A DNA stretch of 64,000 nt, from contig CAIIXF020000001.1 of the NCBI GenBank assembly GCA_903813345.2, forward strand, positions 31,682,001 through 31,746,000. Direction: 5' to 3'. Origin of the DNA: Owenia fusiformis. Its lineage: Eukaryota. Below are positions 35,715-48,900 of the stretch, piece by piece (the stretch's first letter is position 1; each line of letters begins with the position of its first letter). The notes beneath the pieces were generated by a model. That model was not told the origin of the DNA, did not search any database, and worked only from the letters and a program-made list of their open reading frames with translations. Position numbers and translations under genes: made by a program.

Positions 35715-38700
35715 GAATATTGCTCTGTTTGACTTCTCAGATATGATACATTTTTCATCTTTTACCATTTACAAAATTATATCTGACGCTATACTATTGA
35801 TATACATATAAACAAACACTTGTCTTATGTTTTGTATTTTATTGGGTTTTCACATAGCTACATACAATTTTATTCCACTATGCTCCCACTCATGTGATAT
35901 TCCACAGGTAAAACAACAAGGTTTACACATGAATATTAAGATCTGAAATGCTACAACAGTGCATATTTCTGGTTATACATGTGTTTAAGCATTGCTATAT
36001 ACTAGGTTAGAAATACTCATATTCCCATTGGGTCTTTATAGGCTATGTTATATTTAAGGCAACATTCATAACAGTCTGGTACCCAGCCCCAAGAAAACTT
36101 GACCAATTAGGCTACCTGCCTGAATTGAGAATCATTTCAATTTGAGGCATTTCTTTGCTCTGTGTGCTAGACTGTTGAAATGTTCTTTTGATGAACATAT
36201 AAGTTTTATAAGGATAGTAGACAATAGTAAACAGTATTATGTTAACAATCACATGAAACGATGGGTCACAGTATGTTTTGATATACCTTTCAACAGCAGA
36301 TTACTTCATTATATTCAAAACATGTAAAGTGTCACACTGTCTACTCTAAACCCATAAAATAATCCAACATTGAAGAGACACATTTCAACACTTAATTTTT
36401 CATGATTAAAAAACATTTAAAAGTTTCAAAACAGTTACATCTAAAATATATGTTCTTCAATAATTTAATATTTTTTATCTAAAATATTTAAAAAACCATT
36501 AAATGTAACGTTTTTAAAAAGTATATTATGTACCGAAAATCTTTGTCAAAGTTAAAATGGTTTTCATGAATTGAAGCCTCACATGGGGAGCGTTGTCAAA
36601 TATACACATTCAACATAAATGTATCTATATTATTTGCACACTTCAAATTATGAGACAATATTTTGGCAAATACATTGTTCTTCTTACCTCAGTTATAATG
36701 GGATAGACAAACTATTTCCCTTGGTTTTAATGTGATAACTATAGTTATCAACAAAAGCAGCAGCCAGGGTGACTAATAGCATGCATGGATTACTAGTATT
36801 GTAAAATGTGCATTTATTGTACAATGCAATATTATAAGTTAGGTTTACACATTATAATTTAGAAATAATGATATACATTACAAGCTATATTATTAATTGA
36901 AATTATTAACTAAATATGATTTTCTGAACTGAAAAATGATATAACTGCAAACAAATGTCAATGACAAAAGTGTTTCCCTGCATGCGATTGGTCACCTTGG
37001 TCTGCTGCTCCTAAGTTACATATATATTAATCATGGTTAAAATGATGCCACCATTCATAATATATCCACTGTGACTTACATCAAGTATAACATGCAAAAT
37101 ATTCTATTCCAATATGGTATTATATTACACTATACACACATTATATGTAAAAAATTCATTATTACATACATTATATACAGATATTCAACACGAGTATAGC
37201 ACCAACTATTATTTACATATTATACACACTGTCTGAAATGACTGAAAATGACATAAAAAATGAATGTATGATTTTTAATCTGTTGATATTTAATGAATAT
37301 ATACAAAATGATTAAATGCAGTTTTAATGAATGAGTGTAAATTCAAAATTTCTAATGATAATGAAAAATATTGATCATAATTGTAATTGTGATATTATGC
37401 TTGTTGCATCAATGAAAATACAATTTTATGTACAACATTTACAACTAATTATTAAGCTATTGTTAACCTGGGGCCAGTTTCTCAATGGAATTATGATGTC
37501 TTTAAAGATGTTGCCATGGCACCCATCAAACATCTAATACCACAGCAAATCTTGTGCCAACTGAACTAATGTACACACGAGGGATTACACAATGTTACCA
37601 TTGCCATGTCTTGTGCGAATTGCATTTAATTATGGTGCCAAATACCATGGCAACATTCTGAGCCAATAATGAATTTGATGATATTACCATGGCAACATCC
37701 TGCTAGACAAATGATTTCCACAAATTGTAAATGATTAACAGGCCCCTAAAAGATGAGTATTGTGCTACTGGGTTGCGGCATGCACCTTGTCATATACTAC
37801 AAAAGTTAGCAGTGAATTCTGCAGGTTCCTAAAGTACACCAACCATCAAGAAGGTCCCATAATGGTGATTGATTATATATAGCTAGGCAACCATTAGAGC
37901 AACTATTTCAAGAAAATTCTTCAAAGATGCTTTAACGAATGGGCCATGCCATAGTTTATATGGTTACACTAGTCAAGCATCTTGCTTCTTGTACCACATC
38001 TCTACATAAGGTACAATACAAGGCATTGAACCAAACTAGCTCATCTGCTGTTACATATAGGAACCTACAGGTGGGTTATAAGCAGGAGTGTGTCAACATG
38101 ACCACAGAAAAGCTAAATGAGCCAGTCCAGCACACAGCCCCAAGAAAATGTGACCATCTCAGCAAATGACACTGAAGCCTGCCTTATTTAAGCCATTCTC
38201 TGAGGTTGTGCATCAGACTGCTGATTCAGAAAACTACTATAAGTACTTACAAAATGTCTACTGTACATAACAACATTTAAAAAATAATATTTTAGAGGCC
38301 ATGCTCTAAGCACAAATTTTAACATTAATTTTACAATTTGCCAAATTGTGACTGTATATGTTAGCTGACATTAATCCTATGAACAATAATTCAACACCTG
38401 ATTGTTTTTTCAATAAGGACAAATGTCAGACAAAATATGGTAGTTTGAAAAAGTTTGTATCCTACATAAAAGTTTGTCCTAGAATTCAACATGTGGTATA
38501 AAATATTTTGTACATAAAGCACTGTACATGGTACAATAACACTGATCAAAAACATTATGTCCACATCACTTTATACATTCCCTGTCTTATTTCTATGGTC
38601 CAAATTGCATGAAAATCATCCTAAAACTGCTGTGCACATTTATAAGTATATGGTTTGTTAAAATGGTAAATATCTATTAAAACTGTTATTAAAACACTTC

Positions 38701-39904
38701 CTAGCAGCTAGTCATGCAGGCATGCAAGCTGGCGTTTATTCTAAGGCATCTACAGAGTGAGCCCAGTGTAACACTTTATCTTGGTTTGGTTAACTGTCTG
38801 TATCTACCAGGTGGTATTTCCTTTTATTTGTGTATCAATTAATACTCATAATGGGTTTCATTTCATTAGTGATTATGAGGGAACCAAAATATAATGTTTC
38901 ACTTTTAGGATCACCCTGTAATGCCTGTATGTACTATTCAACTCTGGCCAGTGATACATTAAATATCCTGTTCATTATGCAAAAATAGCAGTATAATATA
39001 AGTTTGTATATCAGTATACATATAATAAACATATTCATGTATATCACAATTGAGGCAACAAAACATATGCACAACACATTAAGAGAGCCCTCCTTTAGTT
39101 ATCTAGCACCAGGCTAGCAAATGCATGGTTCTATCATGGGACTTCTAGAGCTCTAGAGAGTACTAAAAAGGACATATTTCTCAAAAGTGGACTTCCAATT
39201 AGAAAGTATACGATCCACATTAATAGAGTAAATGAAATATGGAACTACAGTATATTCTTTGCAAAAGCACAAATGTACACAAGAAAAAATCTAGCTTGGA
39301 GTTGTATGCCTCAATAAGTTTTTTACCTTTTAGGTAATATTCACAGTTATGCACATTTTGATCACTTTCAGTGCATAAAGTACATTATGTCCTTAATGTT
39401 GTCCTATACAGTTCTTCAGTATGGAGAGCTGGGTCCACTATTTGCTCACAGTAATAAAGTATTTCACCTACCAGCAGTTTAATTATCACATGTTTTTACA
39501 ATACATTTAACAGTTTATGTTACATATCAGTATGTAACCCACTTTACAATGTACATCTCACATCACATCCACACAACATTCAATATTGAACACATTTTGA
39601 ATATCTTCACTGCTTAATCATCTTGATTTTCCATTTATTGCATAGATTTGCTGCCTAGCAATATGGAATGTTTGTTTACACTCACTAGGCAACAGTTGCT
39701 AGGATCACCCATGTGATGACACCTATGATTGATTGGAAGAAGCTTTAATACTGTTCATAATTTGTTCTGATGAATTGCTCCTTGAGTCGTTTTACATGCT
39801 CATTTTGAATAAGTCCCTGTTGAGACGACTTTTCCTTATTGGCACCTTGGGTCAGCTGATTGGTCAATTAAATGATGATGTCATAAACCATCGATGGATG
39901 GATA

Positions 39905-42900
39905 CTATAGGTCATTAATTGACAAATTAGTTCTCATTAAAGAGTTCCTTTTTATGGTTGCCTCCTTCACTGTCATTTGACTCATCTTATCACCCTTTGT
40001 GAGTGTCCCATTCATATTTATGCTATTCATGTTCATCTGATTCAGATTAGTATATATGTTCATATTACTGCTATTATTTAAATTGACGCCACTATCTGAG
40101 GGCATCATATACAAATGTGATTTATTTTTCTCAAGGTGTTTTAATGAGTCTTGTTGAATGTTGTACTTCTGTTGCCTTCTTCTCTGGCAGAAGAGGAATA
40201 TTCCTATCGCTATGACGGCCCCAAGGATGAAGGCTATCACACCAACTATAATGACGTGCAACAGCTCAAATCCTGTCTTCTCGCCCTTGCTCCCTGAAGA
40301 CACGGATGCCACATTCACATCTGAAAAACACAATTTCAAACATTTTCAAGCCATTGTTTTTCATGTGAAATTCATCAACAAATTCATTCACATATACTCG
40401 TATATATGTAACAAGGAAGGAAACCCAAGATGTTTATGAATGACTGATGTGTTGAGCAAGTAAGCTCTATTCTAAAGCAACATGTGCATATAGAAGGCAC
40501 ACAAGCCCAGCTACAGTTTAGAAGCAGTTATTTACTTTACAATAAGAAAGATGACTTGAGTGTGTTATGTAGTGACTCCCCTAATGCAAGAGAGCTTTAA
40601 ATGTTAGTTGAAAATCAATGCTGAATGAATGATAGATTTTGCCTTATTCATTTATGAAATATGATTCATTCAACATTGGTTTTTATTAGCGATTTCCAGC
40701 AATAAGACCATCCAGCTATAACACCACAAGAGCATCTTCTTAACAAAGGACTTTTCAATTTGCTGGAAATTCCCAGTATGTGTACTACTACCCCCTACCT
40801 ATGACATTATATTCACACGGCCTGATCTCCTCATCTTCTCCCTTGCACTGTGTACGAGTGGGGAATGGTGGAAGACACTTCCTAACTCGCTTTTGTAGGT
40901 TCTTAGGTGAGCAGACAGACCAAAGGGTCCATTTACCCCAACCATCATTCACTGTCAAGTTTAAAATAATATTAGATTTAGACATTTGAAGAAAGCAAGC
41001 ATGTAAGAAAAGGATAAAGATATCATTGATGATGCATATATCAATTTACATTATGTTCGTTACTAAAGTGTATTCATGTCATATACCTCAAATGTATATT
41101 TTATAAATTGAAGATTTTAATTGACATTAAGTAGATGTTATTAAAATCCACATGGTGAAATGGGAAAATTATTAACAATGTCCTCAATGCATAGACAATA
41201 TTAAACACATACCCCCACCCTGATTATGCACAACCCTACATACCCCCCCCCACCCTTCCCATTCTGATGATGCACAACCCTACTTACACCCCACCCTTCC
41301 CATTATGATGATGCACAACCCTACTTACACCCCACTCTTCCCATTCTGATGATGCACAACCCTACTTACCATCACATGCTGCCATTTCACACTCAAGTTC
41401 CTGCTCAGAATCACCATCACATCCCCTAGTGTACACTCTGCCATCTTTTATCTTGTCACAGACACGTGTACGTTTCTTGGTGCCTATGCCACAACTGACA
41501 GAGCATGCACTGTAGTCAGACCAGCAGGACCATTCAGCTGCACATGAAAGCAAGCATGCAGTTATTAATAGACTGATCACCTATTATTCCATAAGGTGAA
41601 TGGTGGCTAAGAATTTGTTTATTTAGTACTACAATATAAAGTTTGTCTTATCTTGTTATCAAGTCATGTTTTTCAAGATGCAGCTTGCATACAAACTAAT
41701 GAAAACTAATGTAGAACATCTGAAATATAGAAACTTATCTCGATAGATCTTATGCATTTGTTCTAATAAGAAATAAAGAAAAGAAATTTCATGTACTGGT
41801 CATGAACTTCAACAATTCCCCAAGATGCTACTGTATTGCTCCTCTACTCATTGGAACACATATATTTCAAAAATGCAAAGCTGAGCTGATGGCCAACTAC
41901 TTACCATTACAGCTATGTGTGTTACATTCACGTTTCTCCATGCTGTGTCCATCACAATCCTTGCCACTACCACTGGGCTCTGGGTCTGTACACTCCCTGC
42001 TGCGCCACTGGACTCCTCCATTACATGGTGCAGAGCATTGGTTCCATGACGTCCACTTGGTCCAGCCACCATCAGTATCCAGTCTGCTAGCACCTGCAGG
42101 AGGAATTATATTTACATTAACTCAATTTCGAATTTTAACTGGATTTGCATAGCATAAGCAACTGTGTATTTCTCAAATGTGAATATCTCCACAGTTTTAT
42201 CAAATCTACGTGTTTTATTGCATCCAAGAGTTTGAATCTGTAATCATATTGCACTTTTTGACTTCATGCATTGAAAATCTTGTTATTAAAAACCAATGGG
42301 TTGCATCAGGCAAGATGGCCATTAGGTTCATATCTTAGTTGTAACAAATACTGCATATGCATATAACATTCAGATAACAAGTATAGTACACAATTGTTGT
42401 CAAGATCATTGATGTGGAAATAAACAAAACAAATACAGAAACTTTTTTCCAATATACTGTTCAAAGTTCAAAACATGAAGTTAATTTTGACTCCCAACAT
42501 GGAAATATAATTCTTGTTATATTAAATTATCTCTGCAGTATTCTTATGTTTAACCATGCCACACATTTTGCAAACAACAAGCAAACAAATCAAAAAACAT
42601 CTGAAACTAAAATCTGTGATGCAAGATGCAAAAACACCAGGTGGATTTGGGAGGTAGAAGGGTAAACTATTCAGAGCAAACCAAAAAATTTAAATCAACA
42701 GCTCATTGGATCATCATAATGAAAATAAGTACATGTTAGGAAAATAGAGTCTATTGTGTATGTAGAGGGGTGTAAGTTAGTATATAGGTAGGGAGGGGGT
42801 TAATATGAACACCATGCTTAGTGTAACACCACTGCTTACCTTATAGAAGAAGGGAGAAAAACAGATTTTCAGCCATTACCAGAAGGAGGTGTAACTCACG

Positions 42901-45900
42901 GGGACACATTATCCCCGGGACACATTATCCTGGGAACACACGACACATGGTGCATGGGATACCTAGTTAAGAGGCTTAACTAGGAAATGTTTAGAAATGA
43001 ATTGATTAATTAAATAAGAGTCTCAGTTAATATTTTTCAAATGAGGTAATTTGAATTTTTTTCTTTTGGAAGTTGACTTAGGACAAGCATAGTGATAGCT
43101 ATGAATAAAAGAAGCTGTTAGAAGCTACAATTCTCTAGAGATTCATAAATATTGTTCAAAATCAAAGGAGCAATATCATTAGAATTTGGGATTCTCATAA
43201 TTTTATTATCTGTACAAAAGAGTACATAGAATAATAGTGTTAAAATGTAATTTCATAAAAATGGGACATACACATATAAATAATTTACATGACGCTACAA
43301 GTATGACCCCTTGAAAAAATAAACTCTTCCATGTTCAATCAACCATTATATACTTCATTGGAATAGTTTATGTTTACAAGGGGTGCCTAATGTCTGTTAG
43401 TCTACAGGCTTGCACAGCAGTGGGCACACACAGGGACCAGCTACTAATAAAAGTTAGTAAAAGCAAGGATGTTGAATACAACATTGAACACCATTGATTT
43501 GACATATACAAGTGGACATGAATATGATAAAAGACTGCTATGCAAAATCTGTAAAATAGCAGCCATTTACAAAAATTCTCTAAATTACTAAAACATATCA
43601 CGATATATAAATTGAGATCACAATATTCAAAAACCAGTCATTGCATCGTAATACTGCTTGATAATGCTGAACCTGCTACGTACAGTAAGGCATATAACTC
43701 CAAACTCAAGGGCAGGCTATCCAGGGACTTGGTATAATATCAGGATTGCACAACACCTAATGAATGCCCCCTTAACACTCAAAATGTCCACTCAATGTTT
43801 TCAGAGTCACCAAACATGCCACAGTAGCAGTGCCAACAACATTTATAGCTAGCAGTGCACCAGCCTCAAATAAATAAATAAATAGTCCTCTAAGCTATAT
43901 ACAGTACAATCAAGAGTATACTGGGGCTGAATAAATACTACACTGCAAATGTCATAATTGTCATCCTCGAGTCCTATGATGACGTCGACGCCTCAACCGA
44001 GCCTCTTTGGCTGGGTCACATCGCTGACACGTTCTAAAGAATCCTAGATCTTTACAGGAGCAGTACCCATAGAAGGGATGAAACTGTTGCAGATGCCACT
44101 TTCTACAGTGTTCCTGGAAGAGGGGATCACTGGACTCAAACAGATCAATAGAGTTATCAAGCTCACCTTTATTGTCACAATCAACTCCTTTAGGATCACA
44201 AAAACGGATCTCTGTTTTAGGATTGCTTGCTCTGAGGTCACTTGGGTCTGAGACTCTGGCCCGACAAATGTAGCGATGGCGTTGTTCAAAGTAGCCATCG
44301 TTGGTGATGTTGGATCGTAACCATGGAGTCCATTGTGTTGGTTTTCTTACTTCTGCAACATAAATATAAAAAGCAAATTATGATTTGGAAATAATAATCA
44401 TATAATCATAATTCATAAATATCAATAATGTCATATCTTACAAAAATTTGTAATTGTATAACATTGCAATTAAAATGATTCCTCATCCTAACTTACCATT
44501 ACACTCATGTTGATTGCACATCTGCCAGTCATCAAGATTTCCAGCGCACGGTTTGCCATCATTCTGTGGCCGAGGACTGTTGCACTCTCTATTGCGTGTT
44601 CTTATGCCCCCACCACACTTGGCAGAGCAGCGGCCCCAGTCACTCCAGTCTGACCAGCCTCCATCTATTGGTGGAGGGGTAGGTGCTGAAATTAATTGAG
44701 GCTTTGAATTATATAGCAGTAATTTAAGAAATCCTAGAAACAGTACACATACATTTTCTTATTCTAAAGGTGACACATGTTTTCTGAGCTTATTGGAGAA
44801 CCACACCTGAGGTTGTTTTCAAGGTTTTTATTTGCAAATGCAGAAGCATTGTTAGAACAGATATTCCCATATTTCCTGATATTGATAGAATTAATTTACT
44901 TCATATTTTGTCATAAAAAGCAGCCTTACGTGGACACGCTGCTTTCCTACAGTCCTGTACATCCAGATCTGACCCCACACATAATCTGCCACCATATTTG
45001 GGCTTAGGATTCCCACACTCCCTTCGTCTGGTCCTCTCGGAGCTTCCACAAGTAGAACTACAGCTGGACCAATCAGACCACTTCGTCCAGGCTCCATGGA
45101 CTGAAGAAATAACATGTTTTGATTGGTTAACCAAGCTGCTATTTGGAAACTCAAACTGTTAATCCTAGATTATGTACTAGTAACTGTCGAATATATTATA
45201 AAGTTCTGATCATGAGGTTTGAAAATAGCAAATCTTTTTGAAAGTTCAAATTTCTTTACACTGAGTTATTTTCACTCTTAATCAAAACAAAATTCCATCT
45301 TCATATTTTTGTCCACTCATGATCAGCCAGTCTAAAAGTGTGAATAGTCAGAATGTTCTATGTAACAACTCAGATCAAGGTGAATGATATGTACAATGTG
45401 CAGCAGCGGCATTTGTCCTACAATATGTACATCTATGTACAGTTTCTAATGCATGCAACTAATAGAAGACTAAACGTACTATTTGCACTACATACAAAGC
45501 AGATGTACAAGGAATGATGAGCAATGAAAGCAATGTACAACAGCATGCTCTTTTAATTCAACAGCTTCAGATTTATTCATATTTCTATCAATCAAATCTC
45601 AAGAAAATTAATCTTTTCCACAAAATAAATATACACACAATAATACACACAATAAAGTGTATGTACTTGATACTTCATGCACAATGAACATTTCTTGAGA
45701 AATCATGGTGATGGTGGATACAAAGGAATCTATTGAAGGGAAGAATGAATGCTACAATTCAATGGTCTAACAAAATGAAATGCTAGCAATTAAACTGAAC
45801 AGATAACAACATGTAAATGCTAACAATGCAAAAAGCAAACACAATGGCAAACAATGAGGCAAAGTAAAACAACATTATGACAATGAGACCTGCAAACTTA

Positions 45901-48900
45901 CAATGTAGCACTTTAGTTTTGTATCTAGTGTGCTTTATCATTCCTTTGAGAGTGCATTAAAAACAAACAGGAAATACAAGATGTTTCTTGCTCTTAATCA
46001 AATATATGGATTGTCAAATAGGATGTTAAACTTGTAGTCTTTATCAATGTATCAGTCATTTTCCATGTTTTTGTTTAATAAATGGACAATTCAGGTAAAA
46101 CATCTGCACATTTGTAAAATCAAAACATGCTTAAGTTGATATTACTTTTCTCTTTTAACATGCATGCACTGTGTATCAACTATCAAGGTGGATCAACAAA
46201 CGAGTTCCATTTAACAAAACTGAATCCCTAATTTCTCAGACATTATCAGTAGGTTTGAGCTCTGTATTAAGAGCTTGGGCCATCCCCTGCATATATGCTA
46301 TTTCCATATAATGCCATGTTTTTCACCTACTGTATTTCCTGTTCTACTCACCAGTACAGTTAGTGACTTCCACAATGGAACCAGAACAGGGTCTGCCACC
46401 ATTGAAGGGACCCTCACATGCTCTGTAGCGACAACGACACATGTCTGGGCTGTTAGGATCACTGATATGGCTACATCTTGTCCAATTGGACCACATCTCC
46501 CATTTACCATCAACTGAAATGGTAGATTATTCAAGCTTACATTAAAGACATGGAGATAAAATAATATTATTGCGTGGAAATATATTCTGTACATTGATTC
46601 CACCTTTTCACTTCTTCCACTTACAATTCTTTTACATTTCTTTACATGAAAGGAATTCAGTTGCTTGGACAATTTCATACTGTAGTTGTATTAACATAAT
46701 ACCAGATTTAATACTGTATCACCCTGTGTCTTTCCTACCTGGAGCATCCATGATGGGGCAACTCTTGACATCCTGATGCCAGTTGTGAGTATGTATATTC
46801 CCTCTTGGAGGAGTAGTACAGCGCCCAGCAGGATCATGCCAGCCACAGTATGGATCTTGAGCATTCATACATTCACTGAAAAAATTAAAAATATGAGGAT
46901 TGTTTATCTGTTGATGTCATTTATTTTAAATAAGTGATAATGCAAAATTCTATGATTTGGTCTTTGTATAGGTGAAGCAAACACTAACTTTCCTATTGAA
47001 AAGTAAACTTCAAAAGTTTTTCCTGATATTTCAACAATTATTTCCAAATCATGATACAATTTCTCCATTTACTGTAAAGAACATAGCAAAAAGGAAGTCA
47101 ACTAGAAGTTTAAGAGCTTACGTTTTAGTGAGGAACCTGCCACATCTTTGAGTAGGAATTTTCAGCAGTTTAGAGTCAGTTGCTATGATGATATGCGATT
47201 CATGACCAGCTTTGTGCAAATGCATAGATTTGATTGGCTGGGTCTTATCCTTGGACATAATTGTGATCTCCTCAACTAAACATGAGGTTTTGCTGTCCTT
47301 AAGATGAACTATTTTCTTCATTTGGCCCTTTTGGTCAACCAGAAACATGACAGTAAATGAACGATGATGCTTTGCTGGAACAGTGTCGACTGCAATGTGG
47401 CTCCACCTGAAATCATTCATTTTTGAGATCTTTAGTGAAATTCAGATGTTTGACTTTATTCTAATTATAATTTTGCAGACACTTTAAAACTTAAACGCTG
47501 GCATTAAGTTGCTTAATTATATAGCTTACCTTTCATGTTCAGAGCTGTACATAGGCATGATACTGGTTGGCTGTACAGCTTTGTCCATCATCAGATACTT
47601 CTGGGAGTTGATCATTCTAGGTGCCTGCTGCCTCATGGCTCTGCCTGCTGATAGTACGGAGGGGGAGCCAGCACACTACAGAACAGAAAATGTATTACAA
47701 AAGTGCACATCTTATTTTTGCTATTTTTAAATAGGTTTAATACATATTTTACTATTATAAATTATAATGTATGGGAGAAAATGCATCCACACATTTCGAT
47801 TTAAACTTCTCCTGAAAACTGATTGCAGTAAAATATCCTTTCTTACATTATATGAAACTGACATATTGGTAATATGGGGAACATACCTGATACATTGGTG
47901 ATGGGTTTGAAAATTTCTGCCAGGCTGCTTGAGAATGTTCCTGGTGCTTAAAGTCTGAGCTAAATGCATTATTGAGTGACGTCATGTTGTAAACACAGAC
48001 AGCAGAGCCAGCAATGCTGTTCCTGTAGGAAGAATAGATATGAATGAATCCTTGAATAAGATTTGTATTATCTATGAATTGGTTAACCAAAATCTATATT
48101 AAAAAAAACAAAGAACCTTAAATAAATGAATAATCACAATCCTGATTTACACCTGATTTACTATCAATAATTAATTATATTCCAAAAACACTGGGGAAAA
48201 TGGAAAGTGATTAACTTACGTGGATGTAGAGAATGTAGCATAGATAAGACCCTCACTCTCATTGTAATATGTATGCTGTAGCTCATTGTAGTAAAATGGA
48301 TATTCGCCTGGTAAACTACAGTTTAATCGGGCCTTTGTAAATGATGTCCACCTATCTTTCATTAAGAATTGACCACCAGGGTCGTTCTTGCACATTCTAG
48401 CCACTCTTGAATAAACATTCTGAAATAAGAAAAGTTATTATCAGCAATCATTCATGTAAGTCTAGTGCAATGCTCAAAAATACAAATATGAAATTAGAGC
48501 ACAATAACCTTAATGTGAGGTAATTATTGAACTGTACATTGGACTGTTATTTGAAGTGTATACGGATTTGTGTTTTCTCTGAAGGATATTGCAATTTTAG
48601 ACTTCATTGATTTTTAGATTAGATTATAACTAAAGGAAATTAAATCAGTTGTAATTTGTCAGTTGTGCAATATAGCATAACGATGGCAAAGATTTTATTA
48701 ATAGCATCAGTGATAATGTTAAGTGTTTACGTTACAACTTGGTCTCTCAGAAAAATTGGAATTCAATTGGTAACTCAGAACATGTCTTTCCACAACTGTA
48801 AATTCTTGTGTCAGAATAGCTTACTATTTCAATGAATACTTACCTTTCCACAATTAATATATTCCACTGCAGTTTCTCGGAAAAAGAAATAAACAAAGTC

